DNA of 64,000 nucleotides from an uncultured Neomegalonema sp. (GTDB lineage: Bacteria > Pseudomonadota > Alphaproteobacteria > Rhodobacterales > Rhodobacteraceae), in the NCBI GenBank assembly GCA_937922185.1, contig CAKZUT010000070.1, positions 2,856 through 66,855 on the forward strand. The letters are read 5' to 3'. Position 1 is the first letter of the stretch. The number at the start of each line of letters is the position of its first letter. Of this stretch, positions 20,543 to 29,581 are shown in pieces. Under the pieces are notes generated by a model. It searched no databases. It had not been told where the DNA came from and worked only from the letters and a program-made list of their open reading frames with translations. The position numbers were made by a program, and so were the translations under genes.

Positions 20543-21092
20543 GATCTGCCCCTTTCGCTCGGGCGAGAGTCAGGCACTCCGCGAACAGCGCAAAGGTCGC
20601 TTCCGCCCCGAGGGTCAGGCGCTTGAGCCGGTCGGGGCCATCCGGGGCATCGATCACCTGTTCGATAGCCTCTTTCAGCACCGGCCAGTACAGTTTCAGC
20701 GCCGGGGATGCGAGATAGCGTTCCGCATCGCGTACAATCGGGTCGTCGGAGCGCCGGTGCTGCGCGCACAGGACACGCTGACCGAAATGCGACCCGGCGA
20801 CCACATAGGCGGCTCCGAGTGCGTCGCCCGTGAAGTGCGGTTCTGTCATATCATCGGTATCAAACCCCAGGGTATGCAGATCATCCGCCAGCAGATCGGC
20901 CATGGCCGGAGGGCGCTGGGCAGCGGGTAGTCCGGCTTCGAAAACCGGCATCATCGCCCGATAGGCGAGGAAGTGACTGCCAAGAAAAACGCCATAATCA
21001 TGCCGCTGCGCCAGATCGAGCGCGGAGAAGGCGATATCGGTTCGCTGATGTGCCGCGCGCGTCGCGTCGCGCAGGTAAAATCGAGCGTTCAT
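20529..21092 (-). CDS. bphO: biliverdin-producing heme oxygenase
   Basis: 187 aa. The N-terminus LRDATRAAHQRTD is typical of BphO/HmuO-type heme oxygenases. It overlaps the bphP start by 14 nt (operon). Confidence 0.8.
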   Translation of the reverse strand: MNARFYLRDATRAAHQRTDIAFSALDLAQRHDYGVFLGSHFLAYRAMMPVFEAGLPAAQRPPAMADLLADDLHTLGFDTDDMTEPHFTGDALGAAYVVAGSHFGQRVLCAQHRRSDDPIVRDAERYLASPALKLYWPVLKEAIEQVIDAPDGPDRLKRLTLGAEATFALFAECLTLARAKGADHELA

Positions 21093-21283
21093 ACGATCCT
21101 GAATTTTCTCTATACAAACCCTAGCTTACGAGTTTGTGAAAGGCCGCTCAACCAAACAGTTGTTAATCTGGTTTAACTTAATGACGTTCAATCGGTTGAA
21201 GTAAGGGGCGGCCCGCGAGAGGCAACGCATGAGTAGACAATCAGTCTTTATTCGCTTTCTGCGCGAACGCATCTCCCTTTTTC

Positions 21284-22144
21284 TCAGGCCTGTATCCTGT
21301 CCTGCGTCTTTGTCTCGAAATCGCCGGCATCATGGCGTTCGTGAAGCTGGTCTTCGAGCGGGCCGGAAATACGGTTGACCTTGCGTCCGCGCTGCACCGG
21401 CTCCCGCGAGGCGATCTCGTCATGCCAGCGGATGACATGGGTATAGGATTTCACGTCGAGGAATTCAGCGGCGTTATAGAGCTTTCCGGTGGTCAGCACG
21501 CCATACCAGGGCCAGATCGCCATATCCGCGATGGTGTAGTCATCACCGACCATGTAGCGGTTCTCCGCAAGATGGCGGTCCAGCACGTCCATCTGACGCT
21601 TGGTCTCCATCGTGAAGCGATCAATGGGATACTGGAATTTTTCGGGCGCATAGGCATAGAAATGGCCGAAGCCGCCGCCCAGATACGGCGCGCTGCCCAT
21701 CTGCCAGAACAGCCATGACAGGCATTCGGCGCGCGCGGCTCCGCCCTCTGGCAGGAACGCCCCGAATTTCTCGGCCAGATACATCAGGATCGCACCGGAT
21801 TCGAACACGCGGGTCGGCGGGGTCGTGCTGCGGTCGAGCAGGGCGGGAATCTTGGAATTCGGGTTGATCGCGACGAAATCGCTGCCGAACTGGTCGCCTT
21901 TGCGTATATCGATCACATAGGCGTCATATTCGGCCCCTGAATGCCCGGCAGCCAGTAACTCCTCCAGCATGACCGTGACCTTCACCCCGTTTGGCGTGGC
22001 CAGCGAGTGCAGTTGCAGCGGATGCTTGCCCACGGGCAGTTCGGCGTCATGGGTCGCCCCGGCGACGGGGCGGTTGGTGCTGGCGAACTCGCCGCCGTTT
22101 TCCTGATCCCAGGTCCAGACTCTGGGGGGGACATAGTCGGTCAT
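21284..22144 (-). CDS. yghU: Nu-class glutathione S-transferase / GSH-dependent disulfide reductase (YghU-like)
   Basis: 286 aa; PPRVWTWDQENGG.FASTNRPVAG...LPVGKHPLQLHSLATPNGVKVTVMLEELL matches the YghU family N-terminus. Confidence 0.85.
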   Translation of the reverse strand: MTDYVPPRVWTWDQENGGEFASTNRPVAGATHDAELPVGKHPLQLHSLATPNGVKVTVMLEELLAAGHSGAEYDAYVIDIRKGDQFGSDFVAINPNSKIPALLDRSTTPPTRVFESGAILMYLAEKFGAFLPEGGAARAECLSWLFWQMGSAPYLGGGFGHFYAYAPEKFQYPIDRFTMETKRQMDVLDRHLAENRYMVGDDYTIADMAIWPWYGVLTTGKLYNAAEFLDVKSYTHVIRWHDEIASREPVQRGRKVNRISGPLEDQLHERHDAGDFETKTQDRIQA

Positions 22145-22238
22145 CGGGCCACTCTCGCTCTGTTTCCCGCCCCTGCGGGTATCGGGTTATACGGGACAGA
22201 TAACCCTGCTCCGGGGCATGGCAAATCGTGGCGCGATT

Positions 22239-22934
22239 CTACAGCAATCCGTTGATGACCTGCGACAGCGACAGCAGATCCTCGCGTCCGTCATAGCGTT
22301 GGCCGTTGATGATCAGTGTCGGCGTGCTGTTGACCCCGAACACCGCCCCTCCCGCCTTCCGGCGATCATTGATGCTCTGGAACAGGGCGCTGTCCTTGAG
22401 ACAGGCATCGATGCGCTGCGGGGCAAGGCCCCGTTGTCTGGCGATGGTTTCCACCCCGTTCAGCCAGTCATTGCCGAAGGCCCACTGATCCTGCGTCGAA
22501 AGGAACTGATCCACGAGAGACAGATAATTCCCCGCCCCGCCGCATCGCGCCATGATCGCTGCGGCAAAGGCCGATTCGTTCAGGGGAAAATCCCTCACGA
22601 TGAAGCGGACCTTCCCGGTATCGATATATTGCGACTTGAGCGTCGGATAGATGCCCGCATGAAACCGCGCACAGCTCGGACAGCTCAGCGAGGCATATTC
22701 GATGATCGTGACAGGCGCGTCGGGCGACCCTTCGGCCACGTCTCCGGTGAAGCCGCCGCTTGGCGTTACAGTCCCCGTATACACCCCCGCAGGGGCCAGA
22801 GTGGCCATGGCCGGATCGACCGGCGCGATATATTGCGTCGCCGTGCTGCTGCCCGCCCCGGTGGCTCCCGCGCCCCCGATACCGGCGGCGGTTGCGAGAG
22901 CGATGGCGATACCGGCGATGATCCGTTTAGTCAT
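22239..22934 (-). CDS. DsbA-family thiol:disulfide oxidoreductase, paralog 1 (CPSC active site)
   Basis: Signal/anchor MTKRIIAGIAIALATAAG, thioredoxin motif YASLSCPSCARFH. The start was set at the ATG at 22932-22934, which is preceded by AGGAAAG. The track ORF starts 21 nt further upstream. Confidence 0.8.
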   Translation of the reverse strand: MTKRIIAGIAIALATAAGIGGAGATGAGSSTATQYIAPVDPAMATLAPAGVYTGTVTPSGGFTGDVAEGSPDAPVTIIEYASLSCPSCARFHAGIYPTLKSQYIDTGKVRFIVRDFPLNESAFAAAIMARCGGAGNYLSLVDQFLSTQDQWAFGNDWLNGVETIARQRGLAPQRIDACLKDSALFQSINDRRKAGGAVFGVNSTPTLIINGQRYDGREDLLSLSQVINGLL

Positions 22935-22976
22935 GGCGTCTTTCCTGGTTCTCATGTGACGGGGGCAGGCGGCAGA

Positions 22977-23690
22977 TCAGAGCTTGCTGTCGATGAACTC
23001 CGACAGGGCCTGTACGCTCATCTCGCCCTCGTATTTATTGCCGTTGACCAGCACGGTCGGGGTCGAGCTGATCTGGAAGGTCTCGCTGCCCGCGCGATAG
23101 CGGTCGATGACACTCTGGCCGAGGGCTTTGTCCTGAAGGCAGGCATTGATCTTATCGACGCTGAGGCCCCCGATCCGTGCCATATTCTGCAACTCGCCCA
23201 TCCAGTCCTCGGCGCGGGTCCAGCGATCCTGCTGTGTCAGGAACAGATCGATAAAGGCGGTATACCGATCCTTGCCCCCGCACCGCGCGATGATCGAGGC
23301 GGCGATGGCCGGGTTGTTGAGCGGGAAGTCGCGGTAGATGAACTTCACCTTGCCGGTATCGATGTAATCCGTCTTCAGTTGCTTGTAGATGCGGTCATGG
23401 AACGACGCGCAATGCGGGCAGGTCAGCGAGGCGTATTCGATGATCGTCACCGGCGCATCGGCATCGCCTTCCAGAACATCACCCGTGAAGCCGCCCGATT
23501 CCGTGACCGTTCCCGCATAGGCACCCGGCGGCGCGAGAGCGGCTGCGGTGGTCTCGCCCGTGGCCGTCGCGCTGCTGTCGAGCATGGCGGCGGGCACATC
23601 CGTGTCCTGCGACAGCATCGACATCGCGCTCCAGCCTCCGACCGCCGCGACCGCAACGATCGCTGCGCCGATGAGAAGTCCCTTGTTCAT
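22977..23690 (-). CDS. DsbA-family thiol:disulfide oxidoreductase, paralog 2 (CPHC active site)
   Basis: MNKGLLIGAAIVAVAAVGGW anchor and YASLTCPHCASFH. It is colinear with paralog 1 along its whole length. The start was set at the ATG at 23688-23690; the 360-aa track ORF is an upstream read-through. Confidence 0.8.
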   Translation of the reverse strand: MNKGLLIGAAIVAVAAVGGWSAMSMLSQDTDVPAAMLDSSATATGETTAAALAPPGAYAGTVTESGGFTGDVLEGDADAPVTIIEYASLTCPHCASFHDRIYKQLKTDYIDTGKVKFIYRDFPLNNPAIAASIIARCGGKDRYTAFIDLFLTQQDRWTRAEDWMGELQNMARIGGLSVDKINACLQDKALGQSVIDRYRAGSETFQISSTPTVLVNGNKYEGEMSVQALSEFIDSKL

Positions 23691-24223
23691 ACTTTTCCTC
23701 GTTCTTGCTTGCCGGTCTCCGCCCCTGGGCGTCGTGTGGCGATATTTCTTCCCAGACGTTCGAGTGCGCCGCGCAGGCCCTCGTCGGTCACGGGTTCGAC
23801 CATGCTGCGGATACGTGTCACCTCTTCCGGGCGAGGTTGTGGCACGTCCGGTTTGTTTTTTCGTTCCTCGAAGGCTTCCGGCCCCAGTTGCACCAGCCGG
23901 ATGCGCGAGATGGCGCGGTATCCGTAATGGGCGTTCACCCGCTCGATTATCTGGGGCGTCAGGTGCTGTACTTCCAGCGCCATGGCCCCGAGTGTCCCGA
24001 CCGTCAGTGTGCCGCCCATGCCCTCGCGCCCCGCATAGCCCAACCTGACCGGGCGGCAAAGCCCCGCGATACGCTCACCGACCACATCGTCCCATTCCAC
24101 GAGGATACGCGATTCCGAGAACCCCCGTTTGGTCAGGGCGGGGCGGATCAGTCCTTTCGCCGCAGTGGCCGCGCGCACGAAATTCTTGCGGCCATAGCGC
24201 TTTTTCTGGAAACGGGTGGCCAT
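23687..24223 (-). CDS. DUF721 (DciA-like) protein
   Basis: LVEWDDVVGERIAGLCRPVRL...GTLTVGTLGAMALEVQHLTPQIIERVNAHYGYRAISRIRL fits the DUF721 pattern. Divergent from mutY, as is usual in alphaproteobacteria. Confidence 0.7.
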   Translation of the reverse strand: MATRFQKKRYGRKNFVRAATAAKGLIRPALTKRGFSESRILVEWDDVVGERIAGLCRPVRLGYAGREGMGGTLTVGTLGAMALEVQHLTPQIIERVNAHYGYRAISRIRLVQLGPEAFEERKNKPDVPQPRPEEVTRIRSMVEPVTDEGLRGALERLGRNIATRRPGAETGKQERGKV

Positions 24224-24319
24224 GGACTGGCTGGCGTCCTTCTGAGGGGGGCATTGCCGACACTATGCGTTGAAAGGGTTGTCGAATGCCAAGGGATTCA
24301 ATGTCGTGATGACGGGGTT

Positions 24320-25378
24320 GTGACAGTTTCCGTCGCAAGCGCAATCCTGTGCTGGTACGATGCCCATGCCCGCAGCCTGCCGTGGCGCATCGGCCCGGCG
24401 GCGCGCAGGGCGGGGGTGCGGCCCGACCCTTACCGCGTCTGGCTGTCGGAAATCATGCTGCAACAGACCACCGTGGCAACGGTGAAAGCCTATTTTGAAC
24501 GGTTCACGGCCCGCTGGCCCACCGTCGAGGCGCTGGCCTCGGCTCCGCGTGACGACGTGCTCGCCGAATGGGCGGGCCTCGGCTATTACGCTCGCGCCCG
24601 CAACCTACATGCCTGCGCGCAGGCCATCGTGCGGGATCATGGCGGCAGTTTTCCGCGCACCGAAGCGGAGTTGCGGACCCTGCCGGGCGTGGGTCTCTAC
24701 ACGGCGGCGGCCATCGCCTCCATCGTCTTCGACGAGGCCGCAACGGTGGTGGACGGAAATATCGAGCGGGTCCTGGCACGTCTTCACGCCGTCGAGCTGC
24801 CTCTGCCGGGCGCGAAGAAACATCTCTATGCCCTCGCCGCCGCCGAGACGCCGCAGCGGCGCCCCGGCGATTATGCCCAGGCGGTCATGGATATCGGCGC
24901 GACGATCTGCACCCCCCGCAATCCGTCCTGCGATCTCTGCCCCATCGCCGCTCCCTGCCGCGCCCGTGCGGAGGGCATCGCGGCAACCCTGCCCCGCAAG
25001 ACCCCGAAAAAAGCCAAACCGACCCGCCATGGCATCTGCTATCTCGCCCGCCGCGCGGACGGTGCGATCCTTCTGACCATCCGCCCGGATACGGGCCTGC
25101 TCGGCGGCATGGCCGAGCTTCCGGGCACGGACTGGACCGAGGATACGGCTCCGCCCCCCGCCCCGCCGCTCGCCGCCGGCTGGCGCGCGATGGGTCATGT
25201 GCGGCACACCTTTACACATTTTCACCTGATCCTCGCGGTCATGCGCGCTGACCTGCCCTCCGGCACCTGCGCGGAACGGGGCCGCTGGACGTCGGCGGCG
25301 GCGATGGGGGAGGCGGCCCTGCCCACGCTCATGCGAAAGGCCCTCCGGTGCGGTCTCGGCCCTGAAAAGCTGATATAA
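24320..25378 (+). CDS. mutY: A/G-specific adenine DNA glycosylase
   Basis: WYDAHARSLPWR...PYRVWLSEIMLQQTTVATV, HhH-GPD region (LPGVGLYTAAAIASIVF), Fe-S cluster Cys pattern C..R.P.C..CP....C, and a NUDIX-like C-terminal domain. No in-frame ATG is nearby, so a GTG start at 24320 is proposed. Confidence 0.85.
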   Translation: MTVSVASAILCWYDAHARSLPWRIGPAARRAGVRPDPYRVWLSEIMLQQTTVATVKAYFERFTARWPTVEALASAPRDDVLAEWAGLGYYARARNLHACAQAIVRDHGGSFPRTEAELRTLPGVGLYTAAAIASIVFDEAATVVDGNIERVLARLHAVELPLPGAKKHLYALAAAETPQRRPGDYAQAVMDIGATICTPRNPSCDLCPIAAPCRARAEGIAATLPRKTPKKAKPTRHGICYLARRADGAILLTIRPDTGLLGGMAELPGTDWTEDTAPPPAPPLAAGWRAMGHVRHTFTHFHLILAVMRADLPSGTCAERGRWTSAAAMGEAALPTLMRKALRCGLGPEKLI

Positions 25379-25507
25379 GATGCATTGCGGTTATCGGTGC
25401 TTGGAATCGTGGTGAACGTCTGATTAGACTTGAGGCCAACGGGGCGGGCCATGCCACGCCGCGATCCATAAAGTCATAATAACCCACACCGGGAGGAAAC
25501 TATCTTG

Positions 25508-26746
25508 ATGGGTACCCTGAAAAAATTCGGCATCTCGCTTCTGGCTACCGGCGCGCTCTTTGCTTCCGCGCCTGCCGCCATGGCAGAGGATTGCGATACC
25601 ATCACGCTCGGCGCAGCGATCTCGCTGACCGGCAAATACGCCACCAACGGCGTCCACGCCAAGAACGGCTACGAATACGCGATCCAGAAGATCAAGGACG
25701 CCGGTGGCGTCAAGGTCGCGGACAAGTGCTACAACTTCTCGACCATCTACTACGACGACGAATCCAAGGGCGACCGTGGCGCGACACTGGCCGAACGCCT
25801 CATCAATCAGGATGGCGTCCAGTACATGCTCGGGCCGTACTCCTCCGGTCTGACCAAGGCCATCGCGCCCGTCACCGAGCAGTACAAGATTCCCATGGTC
25901 GAGGCCGAGGGCGCGTCCCGCTCGCTGTTCAACAAGGGCTACAAGTACCTTTTCGCGGTCCTGTCCACGTCCGAACAGTATCTTGCCTCCGCCATCACCC
26001 TCGCGGCTGAAATGGCCGAGAAGGAAGGCAAAGACCCCAAAAGCGTCAAGGTCGCCATTGCGGTCGAGAACGATCCTTTCTCGCTCGATATCCGCGCCGG
26101 TGTTCAGGAAGACGCCAAGAAATACGGCATGAAGATCGTCCTCGACGAGAAACTGCCGCGTGACCTGTCGGATATGAGCGCGATCCTGACCAAGGTGAAG
26201 CTGCTGAAACCCGACGTTCTCATCGTCTCCGGCCACTCCAAGGGTGCCGCGACCGCCGTGCGTCAGATCGGCGAGCAGAACATCGACGTTCCGATGATCG
26301 CCGTCACCCATTGCGAGGCTGCGGATGTTGTCGGCAACTTCGGCAAGGCCGCCAACGGTATCCTCTGCTCGACGCAGTGGGCGGAAACGCTCTCCTATGA
26401 GGACGATCTCTTCGGCACCGCCGCCGAATACGAGGCCGGTTTCAAGGAAGCCTTCCCTGAATACACCAACAAGACCGTGCCCTATCAGGTCGCGCAGGCT
26501 TCCGCCGCCGTCTACGTCTTCAAGGACGCTTTCGAGCGTGCCGGTACCCTCGACAAGGAAATGGTGCGTGACGCCATCTCGGCGACGGATATGAAGACCT
26601 TCTACGGCGATATCCGCTTCTCCGAGGCGGGCAACAACATCGCGAAGCCGATGGTGCTGCGCCAGATTCAGGACGGCAAATACAACGTGGTCGCGCCGTC
26701 CAAATTCGCCTCGCATAAGCTGGAATGGCCCCGCGAAGCTGAATAA
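25508..26746 (+). CDS. ABC transporter periplasmic substrate-binding protein (HAAT / branched-chain amino acid family)
   Basis: Signal peptide MGTLKKFGISLLATGALFASAPAAMA followed by ITLGAAISLTGKYATNGVHAKNGYEYAI, typical of LivJ/K-type binding proteins. Confidence 0.9.
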   Translation: MGTLKKFGISLLATGALFASAPAAMAEDCDTITLGAAISLTGKYATNGVHAKNGYEYAIQKIKDAGGVKVADKCYNFSTIYYDDESKGDRGATLAERLINQDGVQYMLGPYSSGLTKAIAPVTEQYKIPMVEAEGASRSLFNKGYKYLFAVLSTSEQYLASAITLAAEMAEKEGKDPKSVKVAIAVENDPFSLDIRAGVQEDAKKYGMKIVLDEKLPRDLSDMSAILTKVKLLKPDVLIVSGHSKGAATAVRQIGEQNIDVPMIAVTHCEAADVVGNFGKAANGILCSTQWAETLSYEDDLFGTAAEYEAGFKEAFPEYTNKTVPYQVAQASAAVYVFKDAFERAGTLDKEMVRDAISATDMKTFYGDIRFSEAGNNIAKPMVLRQIQDGKYNVVAPSKFASHKLEWPREAE

Positions 26747-26779
26747 GGCGTCGTAAACAGCGCAGCTACAGCCCTGAAT

Positions 26780-26820
26780 CCGGGGCCTCGCCGGACTGTC
26801 ACGGTCTGTCGAGGCCCCGG
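26780..26820 (+). other. intercistronic stem-loop between the binding-protein gene and the first permease gene
   Basis: A perfect 11-bp inverted repeat, CCGGGGCCTCG (26780-26790) and CGAGGCCCCGG (26810-26820), with a 19-nt loop. No T-run follows. Confidence 0.45.
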
Positions 26821-26869
26821 ATCACCCTCCGGGCTGCCGCCATATTCTCCCTCCCGCGAAAGTTCCCGC

Positions 26870-27784
26870 ATGGACCAGATTATTTCCAATATCGGGCTGC
26901 TCTTCGAGTTTCCCGTCGTGAACTTGAAGATTCTCATTGACGGTATCATGATCGGGGCACTCTTTGCCCTCGCCGCCTACGGCCTCGCGCTCGTCTGGGG
27001 CGTCATGAACGTGAAGAATCTCGCTCAGGGCGATTTCGTGATCGCGGGCGGCTATGTCGCCTGGAGTCTGACGAATATCGGCATTCATCCCTTTCTCGGC
27101 ATTCCGGCGGCCTTCATCGTCATGTGGGGCATCGGCTGGATCACCTACAAGCTGGTCATCAAGCGCGTGATCGAGCGCGACCTTTTCACCTCCCTGCTCG
27201 CCACCTTCGGCCTCGCGATCATGTTCGCGCAGATCATGAACCTGATGTTCGGTTCCGATACCCAGAGCATCGATCTTGGCTATGACACCCTGCATTTCGG
27301 TCCCGGTGGTTTCGTGGACGTGCCGATCTCCAAGCTGATCGGGGTGATCGTTGCCCTGTCGCTGGCCTTCGGCGTCATCATCTTCATGAAGCGTTCGCGC
27401 ATGGGACAGGCGATCCGCGCCACGGCGCAGGATGCCCGTGCCGCCCGTGTGCTGGGGATCGACACCGACAAGGTCTATGCCTTCACCTTCTCGCTCAACT
27501 CCGCCATCTGCGGCGCGGCGGGGGCGATCATCGTCATGGCATGGGTCATCCAGCCCTTCTATGGCATCACCTACTCGATCCGGGCCTTCGTCATCGTCAC
27601 GGCGGCGGGGCTGGGTAACCTGCCCGGTGTCATCGCGGCGGGCCTTGGCATCGGGGCGATGGAACAATACGGCGCGCATATCTTCGGCATCGGCTACCAG
27701 CAGGCCATCGCGGTTCTGTTGCTGCTTATCGTCCTGTTCTTCCGCTTGCTGCAACAGCGCCGTAAGCGGCAGGTTCTGCAATAA
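26870..27784 (+). CDS. ABC transporter permease (LivH-like)
   Basis: 304 aa polytopic protein; the GYVAWSL...AAGLGNLPGVIAAGLGIG pattern is typical of HAAT permeases. Confidence 0.9.
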   Translation: MDQIISNIGLLFEFPVVNLKILIDGIMIGALFALAAYGLALVWGVMNVKNLAQGDFVIAGGYVAWSLTNIGIHPFLGIPAAFIVMWGIGWITYKLVIKRVIERDLFTSLLATFGLAIMFAQIMNLMFGSDTQSIDLGYDTLHFGPGGFVDVPISKLIGVIVALSLAFGVIIFMKRSRMGQAIRATAQDARAARVLGIDTDKVYAFTFSLNSAICGAAGAIIVMAWVIQPFYGITYSIRAFVIVTAAGLGNLPGVIAAGLGIGAMEQYGAHIFGIGYQQAIAVLLLLIVLFFRLLQQRRKRQVLQ

Positions 27785-27797
27785 AAAGGGGCGACAC

Positions 27798-28844
27798 ATG
27801 GCTATCCTGCGTCCGGTCTTCTACCTCGCCCTGCTCGCACTCATCATCGCGGCACCGTTCATCTTTCCTGATTTCCGAACGCAGCTCGCGACGCTGTGGG
27901 TTTTCATCATCCTCTCGATGACCTGGGACATGACGGGCGGGCAGATGGGTTACAACTCGCTGGGGAACATCCTGTTCTTCGGGGCGGGCATGTATATCGC
28001 CGCCGTCGTCACCATTGCGCTTGCCTATGATGTCGGCGAGTACACCAACGCCTTCGGGGGCGGCACGTACAAGTTCACCACCACGCAATATTTTCTCGGA
28101 ATGGGCCTCGGCCTTGTCTTTGCGGGTCTGCTGAGCGCCGCCATCGCGTGGCTCATGGGGTATCTGCTGTTCCAGTTCCGGGGACCGTATTTCGCCATCG
28201 GCACCCTCGGCGCGGCCATTGCCGCCGGGGAACTGGTGTCGAACTGGGAATGGGTCGGCGGCGGACAGGGCATCGCGTTGCCCGTCTATCCGGGCGATTT
28301 CGATGTCGGCAAGCTGTTCTTCTACTACCTTTTTGCCGCCACGGGCGTGATCCTCTTCATCTTCCTGCGCTGGCTCTACGGCACCCGCTTCGCCGGGGCG
28401 ATCAACGCCATCCGCGACGATGAGGAAAAGGCCGAGGCCATGGGCCTGCACACCCTGCGCTACAAGCAGGTGACCTGGGCCATCTCCGCCTTCTTCGTCG
28501 GCATCGTCGGCGGCATCTCCGGCTTCCAGAACATCCATTTCGAGCCTCTGGAAACCGCCTTCCAGACCATCAACCTCGGCATCTTCATGGTTGTCTGTGT
28601 GCTGCTCGGCGGCAAGGGCACCCTCTGGGGGCCGATCATCGGCGCGATCCTCTTCCATGTCATCAAGGAGGTGACGTGGAATTATCTGCTCGGCTGGCAG
28701 TGGGTGGCCCTCGGTGCCCTCATCGTCATCACCGTCGTCTATTTCCAGGACGGCCTCATGGGCTGGCTGGCCAGGGTCAAGCCCGAATGGTTCGGCGAGC
28801 GTGTCCAGAAAAAGCCCGACCTGATTGCGGAGCCTGCGGAATGA
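27798..28844 (+). CDS. ABC transporter permease (LivM-like)
   Basis: Polytopic. GQMGYNSLGNILFFGAGMY and RDDEEKAEAMG motifs are typical of LivM. The start was set at the ATG at 27798. Confidence 0.9.
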   Translation: MAILRPVFYLALLALIIAAPFIFPDFRTQLATLWVFIILSMTWDMTGGQMGYNSLGNILFFGAGMYIAAVVTIALAYDVGEYTNAFGGGTYKFTTTQYFLGMGLGLVFAGLLSAAIAWLMGYLLFQFRGPYFAIGTLGAAIAAGELVSNWEWVGGGQGIALPVYPGDFDVGKLFFYYLFAATGVILFIFLRWLYGTRFAGAINAIRDDEEKAEAMGLHTLRYKQVTWAISAFFVGIVGGISGFQNIHFEPLETAFQTINLGIFMVVCVLLGGKGTLWGPIIGAILFHVIKEVTWNYLLGWQWVALGALIVITVVYFQDGLMGWLARVKPEWFGERVQKKPDLIAEPAE

Positions 28845-29581
28845 AGATCATCGAAGTCCACGACGTCTCCAAATCCTATGGCGGGGTCAAGGCCAATACC
28901 GACATCTCCATCGACGTGGAGAAGGGCGGTATCACCGGCCTGATCGGTCCCAACGGCTCCGGCAAAACGACGCTGTTCAACTCCATTGTCGGCTATCATC
29001 CCATCGACAAAGGCTCGATCAGGTTCGAGGGCAATGAGATATCGAAACTGCCCGTGCAGCAGATCGCCCGTCTCGGCCTCCTGCGGACCTTCCAGCAGAC
29101 GCGCATCTACGGCGACATGAACTGCGTCCAGAACATGCTCATCTCCCTGCCCCACCGGAAGATGACCCTGCGCGAGGCCCTCACCACCAATACCCGCGCC
29201 GACCATGAGCGCGCCGAACACCTGCTCGATTTCGTCGGTCTCTACGAAAAGCGTTACCTGCGCTCCGGGTCGCTGAGTTTCGGCCAGCAAAAGCTGCTCG
29301 AATTCGCCATGGCCCTGATGAATGAGCCGACCGTCCTGCTGCTCGACGAGCCGACCGCCGGGATCAACCCGACTCTCATCAACGGCCTGATCGAGCGCCT
29401 CAAGCGGGCCAATTCCGAATTCGGCATCACCCTCTTCATCATCGAGCACAATATGCGCGTCATCATGAACATGGCCGACCGTATCTACTGCCTCGCCCAT
29501 GGCGAGTTGCTCGCCGCCGGAACCCCCGAACAGATCCAGGGCGACCAGCGTGTCGTCGATGCTTATCTGGGAGCGCATTGA
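28841..29581 (+). CDS. ABC transporter ATP-binding protein (LivG-like)
   Basis: Walker A GPNGSGKTT, signature LSFGQQKLLEFA, Walker B LLLDEPTAG. ATGA overlap with the upstream permease stop at 28841-28844. Confidence 0.9.
   Translation: MKIIEVHDVSKSYGGVKANTDISIDVEKGGITGLIGPNGSGKTTLFNSIVGYHPIDKGSIRFEGNEISKLPVQQIARLGLLRTFQQTRIYGDMNCVQNMLISLPHRKMTLREALTTNTRADHERAEHLLDFVGLYEKRYLRSGSLSFGQQKLLEFAMALMNEPTVLLLDEPTAGINPTLINGLIERLKRANSEFGITLFIIEHNMRVIMNMADRIYCLAHGELLAAGTPEQIQGDQRVVDAYLGAH

Noticed and set aside
21093-21283. AT-rich stretch upstream of bphO as a possible mobile-element remnant or small RNA gene
   Set aside because: I could see no terminal inverted repeats, transposase fragment or terminator. 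It is most simply the promoter and leader region of bphO-bphP plus the 3' flank of yghU.
22184-22206. 7-bp inverted repeat GGGTTAT / ATAACCC between yghU and the first DsbA-like gene
   Set aside because: The stem is short and lacks a T-run, which is compatible with chance or a minor operator. The evidence is insufficient to call a feature.
22977-24059. 360-aa version of the second DsbA-like ORF
   Set aside because: The upstream 120 aa are Arg/Gly/Thr/Pro-rich and overlap the DUF721 gene. The internal ATG at 23690 yields a protein colinear with, and the same size as, its tandem paralog.
23705-24319. 5' extension of the mutY ORF (the track gives 557 aa)
   Set aside because: The extension runs antisense through the DUF721 gene and has no MutY homology. 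MutY similarity starts at about 24320, where an in-frame GTG gives a normal length of about 352 aa.
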